Shown one piece after another: positions 16,315 through 25,283 of a stretch of 62,803 nt of DNA. Positions within the stretch are counted from its first letter, which is position 1, and each line of letters starts with the position of its first letter. A program made the position numbers and the translations under genes. The DNA is taken from IMG/VR virus record IMGVR_UViG_3300030106_006483, positions 1 through 62,803 of that record; one strand, given 5' to 3'. The notes beneath the pieces are model-generated. The model was not told where the DNA came from and ran no database searches. It saw only the letters and a list, made by a program, of their open reading frames with translations. The stretch is from a virus (lineage: Duplodnaviria; Caudoviricetes).

Positions 16315-17702
16315 TGCCTTTTCAATCTGAAAAGCAACGAAGATTTCTACACGCTAATCATCCACAAATAGCAAAGCGTTGGGAAAAAGAATATGCAGGG
16401 GGTGGAACTGCACATTTAAATTTTGAACTTAATCAACTGCCTGAATATTATTTGCAAGCTAAAAAAGGAGGCATTGCAAATCATTTTAGAAAAAAGTTTG
16501 AAGATGGAACAGAAGATCCTGAATATTTAGGATGGTTAAAAACATATGAAATAAATCCAGATGCAGCAGCCATGCATCCTAATCATGAACACTATTTACA
16601 GATATATAATGAAAGTATGATGCAACAAACATCTAGTAATGGAATTTTAGATACTGAAGAAAGTGAAATGGATGTCACAACCGCAGAAGCTCCAGATGAA
16701 AATACTGGAGGAGAAATGATCAATCTTTTTGCAGAAAATGTTGAAGATCAATCTAATGCTCCTACAACTTTATTTATGAACAGTGGGGGAATATCACAGC
16801 TAGTTAAATCTAGTGGCAATGGTAAACGACCTGGATATAGAGGTAGTGACTGGGGGGATTGGGCAGGTGGAGAATTTGATACTTCAGCACCAAAGAGTTC
16901 AGCTCCTAGTACAGTTAACATAGGAGCGAGTCTCCATGGTGGACCTTCGGTTAAAGAAACTTTTAAAAATTTGGAAGAAAAAAAACATAGAGAAGCAGTT
17001 AATACAGAATTTCAAGGTACTGTGGAAATGCCCTACGCTTTAGATCTGCATGGAATAACACCTTCAAAGAATCAACGAGTAACAATTCATCAGAAGAACG
17101 TAGATAAGAAAAAATTAAACTATGAGAAAACATTAGCCACTCAAAAATCAAAAATGATGAAGACGGGACTAAGCAAACTTGTTATGCCCGCTATTATGAT
17201 AGCCTTCGGAGTTCCACCTAAAACGGCTGTAAAGAGTATTTCATTGGGTAAAGGTGATTTTTATAACATAGTAAAAAACAGCATTCCTGTAATGCAAGCA
17301 AAAAAAGAATATATTAGAGCTCTTGAAAATGCCAAAGGAGTGATATTATCAGATGTTGATTTGAATAATCCGAAGGAAATGAAAAGTCTAGAAGAGACAA
17401 CCAATCTTGTAAAAATAAATGAAGAGATAAAAAATTTAACTAAAAAGAAAGATGATGATGAAGAGACTAGAGATGGTCAACCAGAATTACCTCCTATTTT
17501 AGAGGAACCTGCTGATGAAGAGGACCAGTATGCTTCATTTATAACTGATTATTTAGGAAAAATTCGAGAGAAACAACAATTAAGGGCTTCTTTAAAAGAT
17601 AAAGATATAATTCAAGATAATGAAATTGCAACAGACGATATAACAATGACATTAAATAAGGGTGGACTTGCAAACTTATTTAGAGTAAAAAATCAATATT
17701 AG
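16314..17702 (+). CDS. virion-associated hypothetical protein
   Basis: MPFQSEKQRR N-terminus; several xxGG motifs. Confidence 0.7.
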   Translation: MPFQSEKQRRFLHANHPQIAKRWEKEYAGGGTAHLNFELNQLPEYYLQAKKGGIANHFRKKFEDGTEDPEYLGWLKTYEINPDAAAMHPNHEHYLQIYNESMMQQTSSNGILDTEESEMDVTTAEAPDENTGGEMINLFAENVEDQSNAPTTLFMNSGGISQLVKSSGNGKRPGYRGSDWGDWAGGEFDTSAPKSSAPSTVNIGASLHGGPSVKETFKNLEEKKHREAVNTEFQGTVEMPYALDLHGITPSKNQRVTIHQKNVDKKKLNYEKTLATQKSKMMKTGLSKLVMPAIMIAFGVPPKTAVKSISLGKGDFYNIVKNSIPVMQAKKEYIRALENAKGVILSDVDLNNPKEMKSLEETTNLVKINEEIKNLTKKKDDDEETRDGQPELPPILEEPADEEDQYASFITDYLGKIREKQQLRASLKDKDIIQDNEIATDDITMTLNKGGLANLFRVKNQY

Positions 17703-17711
17703 GAGAAAATT

Positions 17712-17942
17712 ATGAGAAATGATTTTGGAAATAGACCTTATAAACCTAGATTCCCATATTCATCAGATAAGGGATCTAAGAAACAGGGCTATGATGACAG
17801 ACTTGACGAATCTCTAGGAATGAGAGACGGCAAAGAATCAACTAAGTCTCAAAGCTTTAAAGCTAGAAGAGACGAATCAAAAGGCATGGAGAAAGCATCT
17901 GGTAATAGAGCTTATGCTTCTGTCGGAACTATGGATAAATAA
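17712..17942 (+). CDS. small charged hypothetical protein
   Basis: AGGAG RBS; KKQGY...RRDES module. Confidence 0.7.
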   Translation: MRNDFGNRPYKPRFPYSSDKGSKKQGYDDRLDESLGMRDGKESTKSQSFKARRDESKGMEKASGNRAYASVGTMDK

Positions 17943-17943
17943 T

Positions 17944-18294
17944 ATGGCAAATACTAGAAGAATGAATAGACTTGAAGAACTTGGAAGAGTAGATGCAGAA
18001 AAAGCATGGACTAAAAAAGGTAAAAGAAATCTTAAAGACGAGAAAAAAAGAATCGTAAGAGAACTTAAAGCTACCGGTGGCTCTGTTAAAAAACAAGGCT
18101 ACAAAGATAGAGAAGATGAATCTCTAGGTATGAGAACTGGAAAAGAATCCACTAAGAAACAGTCTATGAAAGATCGTAGAGATGAGTCTTATGGAAAATG
18201 GGGTAGTAGACCAAACCAAAGCATTAATAAAAAAGGTGGTGGAATTGCTAAAAGAGGTTTAGGAAAAGCTTTTAGAGGCGGTGGTTTAGTCTAA
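17944..18294 (+). CDS. small basic protein sharing a module with the upstream gene
   Basis: start at ATG 17944; KKQGY...RRDES; C-terminal FRGGGLV. Confidence 0.7.
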   Translation: MANTRRMNRLEELGRVDAEKAWTKKGKRNLKDEKKRIVRELKATGGSVKKQGYKDREDESLGMRTGKESTKKQSMKDRRDESYGKWGSRPNQSINKKGGGIAKRGLGKAFRGGGLV

Positions 18295-18488
18295 TGAAAG
18301 ATTGGCAAAAAGGATCTGGTTACGTTGCAGAACCAAAAATTAAAAAAGACCCTTGGTCTAGCAAAGATGGTTATGCACAAGCTAAAACAATTGAAGCAAC
18401 TGATCCAACAGAATCTCAAACTGTTACAGTAAAAGGTAATAGAGCAATCAGAAAAGATAAGAAGCCAGTTAAAGCTACTTGGTACTAA
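18294..18488 (+). CDS. hypothetical protein
   Basis: coupled; ends ATWY. Confidence 0.65.
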   Translation: MKDWQKGSGYVAEPKIKKDPWSSKDGYAQAKTIEATDPTESQTVTVKGNRAIRKDKKPVKATWY

Positions 18489-18491
18489 TTT

Positions 18492-18878
18492 ATGGCTTGG
18501 TTCAGCTTAGCTAAAATCGCATTACAAGCTGGCGGTAAAATTTACGCTAATAGACAAAAAGCAAAAGTTGCTATGTCTGATGCACAACTTTTACACGCAG
18601 AGCGTCAAGCTCGTGGTGAGGAAGCTTACCAGGGAAAATTATTAGAAGCGCGTCAATCAGACTACAAGGACGAATTTGTCCTCGTGATTATTTCGGCGCC
18701 CATAATTGTGTTAATGTGGGCAGTGATGTCGGACGATCCGGCAGCAATGGAGAAAGTAAAGCTTTTCTTCGAATATTTCCAGTCATTGCCGTCATGGTTC
18801 ACCAATTTGTGGATACTTGTAGTTGCGTCGATTTTTGGTATAAAGGGAACACAAATTTTTAGAGGAGGCAAAAAATAA
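18492..18878 (+). CDS. putative holin (GTA 3TM-holin-like)
   Basis: SDYKDEF followed by two TM segments, LPSWF, ASIFGIKG, basic tail. Confidence 0.6.
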   Translation: MAWFSLAKIALQAGGKIYANRQKAKVAMSDAQLLHAERQARGEEAYQGKLLEARQSDYKDEFVLVIISAPIIVLMWAVMSDDPAAMEKVKLFFEYFQSLPSWFTNLWILVVASIFGIKGTQIFRGGKK

Positions 18879-19225
18879 TGCCAGAATATTTTAGAAGTAC
18901 AGCAAAGAAACCAGCATCTACTAAAGTCCGTAAAGGATATAAAAAAGGTGATTGGATTCAAGATGCAATTAAAAGACCGGGAGCATTTACCAAAAAAGCC
19001 AAAGCCGCAGGAATGTCTGTAGGGGCATATGCTAATAAGGTTTTAAAGAAAGGAAGCGACGCTTCAACTAGAACCAAGAGACAAGCTAATCTTGCAAAAA
19101 CTTTAAGAAGTTTTCATGCAGATGGTGGTTTAACTAAAGTTGGTGGTTACAAACCAGTTTTAGGAAGTAATAAATTTGGATATCCAAGTGGTGGGGTACC
19201 CGTTAAAAAAGGTGGAAAAGTATAA
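18878..19225 (+). CDS. basic hypothetical protein
   Basis: WIQDAIKRPGAF...KRQANLAKTL; xxGG motifs. Confidence 0.7.
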   Translation: MPEYFRSTAKKPASTKVRKGYKKGDWIQDAIKRPGAFTKKAKAAGMSVGAYANKVLKKGSDASTRTKRQANLAKTLRSFHADGGLTKVGGYKPVLGSNKFGYPSGGVPVKKGGKV

Positions 19226-19461
19226 TGGAAGGAATGCATTTACTTTTTAAGTTACAGAAAGAAATTAAAACTGTTCAAGATAATTTGTCAGGTGTTCTGT
19301 TAAATGGACAGGTTGACAAATGGGAAAAATATCAATATATGGTAGGACAGCTAAAAGCGTATCAAATAGTATTACAGGAAATCTCTAACCTGCTAAAAGA
19401 TAAGGAGCATGAAAATGAAGACACAACAACCAATATCCACAAACTCAAACCAAAAGATTAA
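19225..19461 (+). CDS. hypothetical helical protein
   Basis: coupled; precedes groES. Confidence 0.7.
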   Translation: MEGMHLLFKLQKEIKTVQDNLSGVLLNGQVDKWEKYQYMVGQLKAYQIVLQEISNLLKDKEHENEDTTTNIHKLKPKD

Positions 19462-19861
19462 ATTACCCGATACATCTTTAGTAGGTTTAAAAAAATCAGA
19501 AGAACAAAAAGAAGTTACCAACGAAAGCTCCAAATTACCTCAACCAACTGGTTGGAGAATTTTAGTTTTACCATTTAAAATGAGTGAAAAAACTAAAGGT
19601 GGAGTAATTATGAATGAGTCTACGTTAGAACGACAACAAGTAGGTTCACAAGTAGGAAACGTTTTAGCTATGGGACCAGAAGCTTACACAGGTAAGCGAT
19701 TTGAAAATTCTGGACCGTGGTGTAAAAAAGGAGACTGGGTAGTGTTCGCACGATACGCAGGATCTAGAATACAAATAGAGGGTGGTGAAGTGCGTTTGCT
19801 GAACGATGATGAAGTTTTAGCAACAGTCAAGGATCCAATGGATATCTTGCATCAATACTAA
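19409..19861 (+). CDS. groES: co-chaperonin GroES (Cpn10)
   Basis: PTGWRILV, KTKGGVIM, VLAMGP, GDWVVFARYAG, LLNDDEVLA. Confidence 0.9.
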   Translation: MKMKTQQPISTNSNQKIKLPDTSLVGLKKSEEQKEVTNESSKLPQPTGWRILVLPFKMSEKTKGGVIMNESTLERQQVGSQVGNVLAMGPEAYTGKRFENSGPWCKKGDWVVFARYAGSRIQIEGGEVRLLNDDEVLATVKDPMDILHQY

Positions 19862-19876
19862 TATAAGGAGAAAACT

Positions 19877-20866
19877 ATGCCAGAAACAGAAAAAAAAGAT
19901 GATAAGATCATAGACTTACCAACAGATGGTCCAGGAGCCGAAGTTACATTACCAGAAGAAACGGTAAAAACTGATATTGACGTTCCTGAAAAAAAACCCG
20001 AGGGAGAAGTAGAAATTAAAGAGACTCCTCCTAAGGAAGAAAAACCTTCCGAGTTAATTAAGGAAGAAGAACCTAAAAAAGAAGAGCCTAAAAAAGAATT
20101 AGAAGAGTATAGCGAAGGAGTTAAGAAAAGAATCGCTAAACTTACTAAACGTATGCGTGAATCAGAACGTCAAAGGGATGAGGCAACGAAATACGCAAGA
20201 ACGGTTCTTCAAGATAATACTAGTCTTAAAAGTAGGTTATCTAAATTAGATACAGGTTATGTATCTGAAATGGAAAATAGAATTTCGTCTTCACTTAGTG
20301 CCGCTCAATCTAAATTAGCTGCAGCGAGAGAAGAAGGAAGTATAGCCAAAGAAGTAGAGGCCCAAAAGGAAATTGCTAAACTAGGTTATGAAGAAGCAAG
20401 ATTAGCTGAAATGAAGACAAGACAAGCTAATAGTGCAAAAAAAGAGGAAAGTGTATTAAAACAACCTGATATTCAACAAGATATTCAGCCATCTCAAAGA
20501 CCAAAACCTGATGCAAGAGCAACAGAATGGGCAGAAAACAACGAATGGTTTGGTAAAGATAGTGCCATGACCTACACAGCGTTTGATTTGCACAAAAAAT
20601 TGGTTGAAGATGAAGGGTATGACCCCCAATCTGAAGATTATTATGGAGAACTCGATAGAAGAATAAAGCTTGAGTTTCCCCATAAATTTGGTAAGAATAC
20701 AGAACAATCGACTAAGCCGACTCAAACTGTAGCATCTGCTACGCGAGCCGTAAATAAAGCTGGTCGCAGAACTGTGAAACTCACATCATCGCAGGTAGCA
20801 ATTGCTAAAAAATTGAATGTGCCACTTGAAGAATATGCTAAACAATTAAGTAACGTAGAGGAGTAG
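19877..20866 (+). CDS. putative capsid scaffolding protein
   Basis: acidic disordered N-terminus, coiled coil, C-terminal AKKLNVPLEEYAK; upstream of capsid. Confidence 0.6.
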   Translation: MPETEKKDDKIIDLPTDGPGAEVTLPEETVKTDIDVPEKKPEGEVEIKETPPKEEKPSELIKEEEPKKEEPKKELEEYSEGVKKRIAKLTKRMRESERQRDEATKYARTVLQDNTSLKSRLSKLDTGYVSEMENRISSSLSAAQSKLAAAREEGSIAKEVEAQKEIAKLGYEEARLAEMKTRQANSAKKEESVLKQPDIQQDIQPSQRPKPDARATEWAENNEWFGKDSAMTYTAFDLHKKLVEDEGYDPQSEDYYGELDRRIKLEFPHKFGKNTEQSTKPTQTVASATRAVNKAGRRTVKLTSSQVAIAKKLNVPLEEYAKQLSNVEE

Positions 20867-20870
20867 AAGC

Positions 20871-21365
20871 ATGAAAAAAAATAAAACTAAAGTGACTGAA
20901 ACTGCTGAAGCAGTAGAGGTTAAAGAAGACTCTCGCGCATCCACAACTAGAGAAGCTGAAAAGCGTCCTGTTGAATGGAAAGAACCAAATGCTTTGGATT
21001 CACCCCCTGCGCCGGATGGATTTCGACACAGATGGATAAGAGCCGAAAGCTTAGGATTCGATGACACTAAAAATATTGCTGGTAAATTAAGATCAGGATA
21101 TGAATTAGTTAGAGCAGACGAATATGAAGCACAGGGTTATCCAGTCGTTGCAACTGGCAAACATAAGGGAATAATCGGAGTAGGAGGTCTGTTGCTGGCC
21201 AGAATACCTAATGAGATCGCCGACGCACGAAGTCGTTTTTATAGCCAAAAAGCTCAAGAGCGAAACGATGCAGTCAAGAACGATCTGCTGAAGGATCAGC
21301 ACCCGAGTATGCCTATCAGTTATGATAGTACAAGTACTCGTAGCAAATCTTTCGGTGGTAAGTAA
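20871..21365 (+). CDS. conserved head-module hypothetical protein
   Basis: position; RHRWIR...GVGGLLLARIP. Confidence 0.7.
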   Translation: MKKNKTKVTETAEAVEVKEDSRASTTREAEKRPVEWKEPNALDSPPAPDGFRHRWIRAESLGFDDTKNIAGKLRSGYELVRADEYEAQGYPVVATGKHKGIIGVGGLLLARIPNEIADARSRFYSQKAQERNDAVKNDLLKDQHPSMPISYDSTSTRSKSFGGK

Positions 21366-21403
21366 AAGTTTTTTAACAATTACGACCAACGGAAATAATT
21401 AAC

Positions 21404-21432
21404 CGTGACTGGAGGTCCGCAAGGACAGGTCA
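21404..21432 (+). promoter_or_regulatory. GNRA-capped leader hairpin before capsid operon genes
   Basis: GTGAC..GTCC-GCAA-GGAC..GTCAC just upstream of GGAGG. Confidence 0.45.
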
Positions 21433-21450
21433 CACACGGAGGAAACAACT

Positions 21451-22047
21451 ATGGCTAATCAAGATGCCGCTTTCGGTCTAAGACCGTTAAAAACTGTTGG
21501 TCAACAAGATGATTCCACTGGAATGGGACAACATTGGATAGACGCTGGAGAAGCTAGTGCTATGTATCAAGGTTCTTTGGTGAGTTCACCAGGAACAGGA
21601 ACTGGATACATTGATATCGCTGGTTTAACTGATGTCTTAAATGTTGGAGCATTTTGGGGATGTTTCTATGATGATCCAACTACAAGAAAACCTACGTTCA
21701 AAAACTACTACCCTGGAGGAATAACTCCTCCTCAGAGTCAAGATATTGAAGCTTTTGTTTATGACAGCCCGTATCAGATGTTTGAAATTCAATCAGCTGC
21801 TACAGGTGCTTCTGCTCAGGCAGACATCTACAAATGTTGCGATCTTGCTTCTAATAGTGGAAGTACTTCGAACGGAGTATCAAGCGCTGAATCTGCAGAC
21901 ACTTTTGGAGCAGGTCCAGCCCAATTAAAAGTAATGGGAGTTTCTAGAGATCCAAAAAATAACGAGATAGGTTCAGCTAATGTAAATTGGCGTGTTCAGA
22001 TCTGTGAACATTTATTTGGTTCTGGAACTGCCGGCGCAGCCAACTAA
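21451..22047 (+). CDS. putative capsid decoration/cement protein
   Basis: MANQDAAFGLRP; directly upstream of major capsid gene. Confidence 0.55.
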   Translation: MANQDAAFGLRPLKTVGQQDDSTGMGQHWIDAGEASAMYQGSLVSSPGTGTGYIDIAGLTDVLNVGAFWGCFYDDPTTRKPTFKNYYPGGITPPQSQDIEAFVYDSPYQMFEIQSAATGASAQADIYKCCDLASNSGSTSNGVSSAESADTFGAGPAQLKVMGVSRDPKNNEIGSANVNWRVQICEHLFGSGTAGAAN

Positions 22048-22065
22048 TAGGGAAGGAGATAACTA

Positions 22066-22986
22066 ATGGCAATATCACGACAACAACTAGTTAAAGAACT
22101 AGAGCCAGGTTTGAACGCCCTGTTCGGCTTGGAATATAAAAGATATGATTCAGAGCATGAAGAAATTTATGCAAAAGAATCTTCTGACAGAGCTTTTGAA
22201 GAAGAAGTAATGTTATCTGGCTTTGCTAATGCATATGTTAAACCTGAGGGTTCAGCGGTTGCATTTGACAACGCACAAGAAACATTTACTGCAAGATATA
22301 CTAATGAAACAGTAGCTCTTGCATTCGCTTTAACTGAAGAAGCTATGGAAGACAACCTGTATGACAGACTTGCGTCTCGTTATACAAAAGCACTAGCAAG
22401 ATCAATGGCTAACGCTAAACAGATCAAGGCAGCAACACCTTTGAACCAAGGACTACCGTCAGTAGCGGCAGCTTCTTCGTTTCAATCAGGTGACAATGTT
22501 AACTTGTTCAACACAGCGCACCCAACGATTGCTGGTTCTTTCCAAAACACGTTAACAACTCAGGCAGACCTTAACGAAACTTCATTGGAGCAAGCTTTAA
22601 TAGACATTGCAGCAATGACAGATGAGAGAGGGTTAAAAATTGCAGCTAGAGGAATGAAAATGATCGTTCCACCTGAAAATCAATTTAATTCTGACAGATT
22701 GTTAAAATCTCAAGGAAGAACTGGTACTGCAGATAATGATATCAATGCAATCAAAAACATGGGAATGATCCCTGAAGGTTACAGAGTAAATCATTATTTA
22801 ACAGATACTGATTCTTGGTATATCATCACTGATGTGCCGAATGGGATGAAGTACTTTGAAAGATTACCTATCCAAACTAAAATGGAAGGTGATTTCTCAA
22901 CTGGAAACGTGAGATACAAAGCTAGAGAAAGATACGTCTTCGGATGTTCTGACCCTAGAGGTATCTTCGGAGTTGAAGGTAACTAA
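22066..22986 (+). CDS. major capsid protein
   Basis: MAISRQQLVKELEPGLNALFG; strong RBS; followed by terminator. Confidence 0.88.
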   Translation: MAISRQQLVKELEPGLNALFGLEYKRYDSEHEEIYAKESSDRAFEEEVMLSGFANAYVKPEGSAVAFDNAQETFTARYTNETVALAFALTEEAMEDNLYDRLASRYTKALARSMANAKQIKAATPLNQGLPSVAAASSFQSGDNVNLFNTAHPTIAGSFQNTLTTQADLNETSLEQALIDIAAMTDERGLKIAARGMKMIVPPENQFNSDRLLKSQGRTGTADNDINAIKNMGMIPEGYRVNHYLTDTDSWYIITDVPNGMKYFERLPIQTKMEGDFSTGNVRYKARERYVFGCSDPRGIFGVEGN

Positions 22987-22996
22987 TCAATAAATT

Positions 22997-23026
22997 AAGA
23001 GGCCGCCTAAAAACGGCCTCTTTCTT
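22997..23026 (+). terminator. intrinsic terminator after capsid gene
   Basis: AAGAGGCCG-loop-CGGCCTCTT-TCTT. Confidence 0.8.
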
Positions 23027-23045
23027 AATTATAACAGGTGTGTTC

Positions 23046-23300
23046 ATGAAAAAATTCCTAGTACAGATATGGGCTTACGATTATCACGCTAAATTTGAAG
23101 TTTTAGCGGAAGATAGCGTTGATTCTATTGAACAATCAATCCTTGACAAAATAGGAGAAAAGACTATAAAATGGGAATACATGGGGGAGAATGTTTATTC
23201 TACCCAAGTTAACAGAATAACTTATGAGGAAGTTATCTATGATACAAGACCTATACAAACACAAAAGGTCCTTGGAGTTGAGGTGGCAACTAGAGTATGA
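23046..23300 (+). CDS. hypothetical protein
   Basis: ATG 23046 after AGGTG. Confidence 0.6.
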   Translation: MKKFLVQIWAYDYHAKFEVLAEDSVDSIEQSILDKIGEKTIKWEYMGENVYSTQVNRITYEEVIYDTRPIQTQKVLGVEVATRV

Positions 23301-23448
23301 ACAGTTTGGTAAATATACTCTGGATATGGTCAGAATTGATGACAAAATTAAAGAAGTCATCACTGAGATCAAACTCGAAGAAAATAAGATTGCTGATAGA
23401 CAAAATGCAATCGAACAGGCTGCTGCCCAAGTTTCTGTGGCTACTTAA
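23239..23448 (+). CDS. small coiled-coil protein
   Basis: ATG 23239 after GAGG; helical pattern. Confidence 0.6.
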   Translation: MIQDLYKHKRSLELRWQLEYEQFGKYTLDMVRIDDKIKEVITEIKLEENKIADRQNAIEQAAAQVSVAT

Positions 23449-23492
23449 ATAAACGCCACATCGCTGAAATCGTACATTTCCTGTAGGATCTC

Positions 23493-23521
23493 TTGCACTC
23501 TACTCAAATCTAATATATAAA
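23493..23521 (+). promoter_or_regulatory. sigma70-type promoter
   Basis: TTGCAC-17-TATAAA. Confidence 0.5.
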
Positions 23522-23527
23522 TTACTC

Positions 23528-23600
23528 ACTATACATTTTAAAACGATATATAGACGCGTATAGTCGACGGCCTAGAGACTATATATCAGAAACTAGGAGG
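23528..23600 (+). ncRNA. candidate double-pseudoknot cis-regulatory RNA
   Basis: P1 23528-34/23558-64, P2 23545-53/23579-87, P3 23571-75/23593-97 overlapping SD AGGAGG. Confidence 0.55.
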
Positions 23601-23608
23601 ATAAAATT

Positions 23609-24616
23609 ATGGCAAGAACAAACTTTTCTGGACCTATCAATGAAGGTAATGTCCAGCAAAACAATCAAAGTAACACGACAACTTACAAACCAGGGTTAAC
23701 AAGAAACGTAGGGTTTGTAGTAGCAGGTCAATCTTTTTGGCTTGATCACAATGCGTTTACTTTAACAGCAGCAGGCGTTGCTAACGTAGCAGCGGCAGCA
23801 CAACCAACAGATGGTAATATGGTTTTAACTGGTGATGCAGCTACAATCGGAACTACTATTATGCCGTCAATTAACGGTTATGGTGGAGCAGCACAAGTTA
23901 CTATAACTTCTGCAGCAGACGATAGTGGAAACGAAATGGTGTTAACAGGAACTGATATTTACGGTTTACCGCAAACAGAAACTGTTCAACCTATGGCTAA
24001 TGCTGGAGTAGTACAATCTACTAAAACTTTTGCATCTATTTCAAGTGCACAAGTTAACTTAACATCTAGTGGAGCGGCTCAACAACCAGCAGGTAACGTT
24101 TCAATTGGTGTTTTAGCAACAGATAAAATGACGGTGCTTTGTCAATCAACTTACAATGGTTTTCCAGGAGTTGGTTTTGGTACTGCAGGTTATCAACCAA
24201 GTGGAACTTATGGGGAAACTGTCCAAAGTAACTTAGCAAATAATATTGTAATTCCAAAAAATTCAAGAATTATGAATATTTCGTTAATCACTGTTGAAGA
24301 CCCAGGTCAAACAGCAGCGTTTGAATTTGGAGCTAACATCGGTCAATCAAGCACTACTGATACACACGACCTAAACTACTTTACAACTACATCAGCTAGT
24401 TTAAGAGCAGTTGGTCAGTATAATTTAGGTGGAGCTGGTGGAGCTGGTGGTTTAGTTCCTGATCATGCTAATTGTTACAACACTTCATATGGAGACACTA
24501 ATCCATTTGCAGCTGATAAATTAGTAACAGTTACATGTGACTTTGGTGCAGCTATCACTGCAGGTGAGTGGATGATTAATTTCACTTACTTACAAGGTGT
24601 TAACGGTACTAACTAA
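23609..24616 (+). CDS. structural protein (head fibre/decoration-like)
   Basis: MARTNFSGP N-terminus; Thr/Ala/Gly-rich. Confidence 0.6.
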   Translation: MARTNFSGPINEGNVQQNNQSNTTTYKPGLTRNVGFVVAGQSFWLDHNAFTLTAAGVANVAAAAQPTDGNMVLTGDAATIGTTIMPSINGYGGAAQVTITSAADDSGNEMVLTGTDIYGLPQTETVQPMANAGVVQSTKTFASISSAQVNLTSSGAAQQPAGNVSIGVLATDKMTVLCQSTYNGFPGVGFGTAGYQPSGTYGETVQSNLANNIVIPKNSRIMNISLITVEDPGQTAAFEFGANIGQSSTTDTHDLNYFTTTSASLRAVGQYNLGGAGGAGGLVPDHANCYNTSYGDTNPFAADKLVTVTCDFGAAITAGEWMINFTYLQGVNGTN

Positions 24617-24625
24617 TAATTAATT

Positions 24626-24651
24626 AAAGTGCTCCTTCGGGAGCACTTTTT
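24626..24651 (+). terminator. intrinsic terminator with UUCG loop
   Basis: AAAGTGCTCC-TTCG-GGAGCACTTTTT. Confidence 0.85.
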
Positions 24652-24666
24652 AAGGAGAAAAAAATT

Positions 24667-25275
24667 ATGAGTAATGTAACAGCGATAAAGTCACTTTATA
24701 TGGCACCTTTAAGTGCTAGTACAAATAATGTTGTAAATAATGAAACTTCTGCAGGTACTGCCGATCTTACGTTAGAATCCACAGCAGCTGGATTTGCTGA
24801 ATGGGGTAATGTAGCAGCTACATTAAAATTTACATCTGGTAGTGCTACAACTAATGCTATTGTTTTTACAATTGTAGGAACAGATAAAGATGGAAAAGCT
24901 GTGACTCACGAACACACTGGTCCAGGAGGAAGTTCTAATAATGACACAAGTATTACTTTTACTTCAGTCACAAGTATTTCAAAACCTTCAACAGCTACAA
25001 GTTTATCTATAGGTACAAACGCTTCTGGCGCAGGACCTATTTTTGCTGGTAGAACAAGATTAAGAGGAATGCACGTTCATGCTGGTGCAGGCGCAGTAGG
25101 TTTAATTGTGAGAGACGCATCCACTACAGGAACAATCGGTTTGCATATGGGAATTCCGGCAGGAGCTACAATTCAAACAGATCCTTATATTCCAGATAAT
25201 GGAATATTATTTCCAAATGGTGCATATACTGATGTCACAGGATTAGGTTCGGCTACATTCTTCTATGATGGATAG
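24667..25275 (+). CDS. structural protein
   Basis: Thr/Ser/Gly-rich; shares TITS/VLTGTD-like module with upstream gene. Confidence 0.6.
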   Translation: MSNVTAIKSLYMAPLSASTNNVVNNETSAGTADLTLESTAAGFAEWGNVAATLKFTSGSATTNAIVFTIVGTDKDGKAVTHEHTGPGGSSNNDTSITFTSVTSISKPSTATSLSIGTNASGAGPIFAGRTRLRGMHVHAGAGAVGLIVRDASTTGTIGLHMGIPAGATIQTDPYIPDNGILFPNGAYTDVTGLGSATFFYDG

Positions 25276-25283
25276 GAGGGTAG

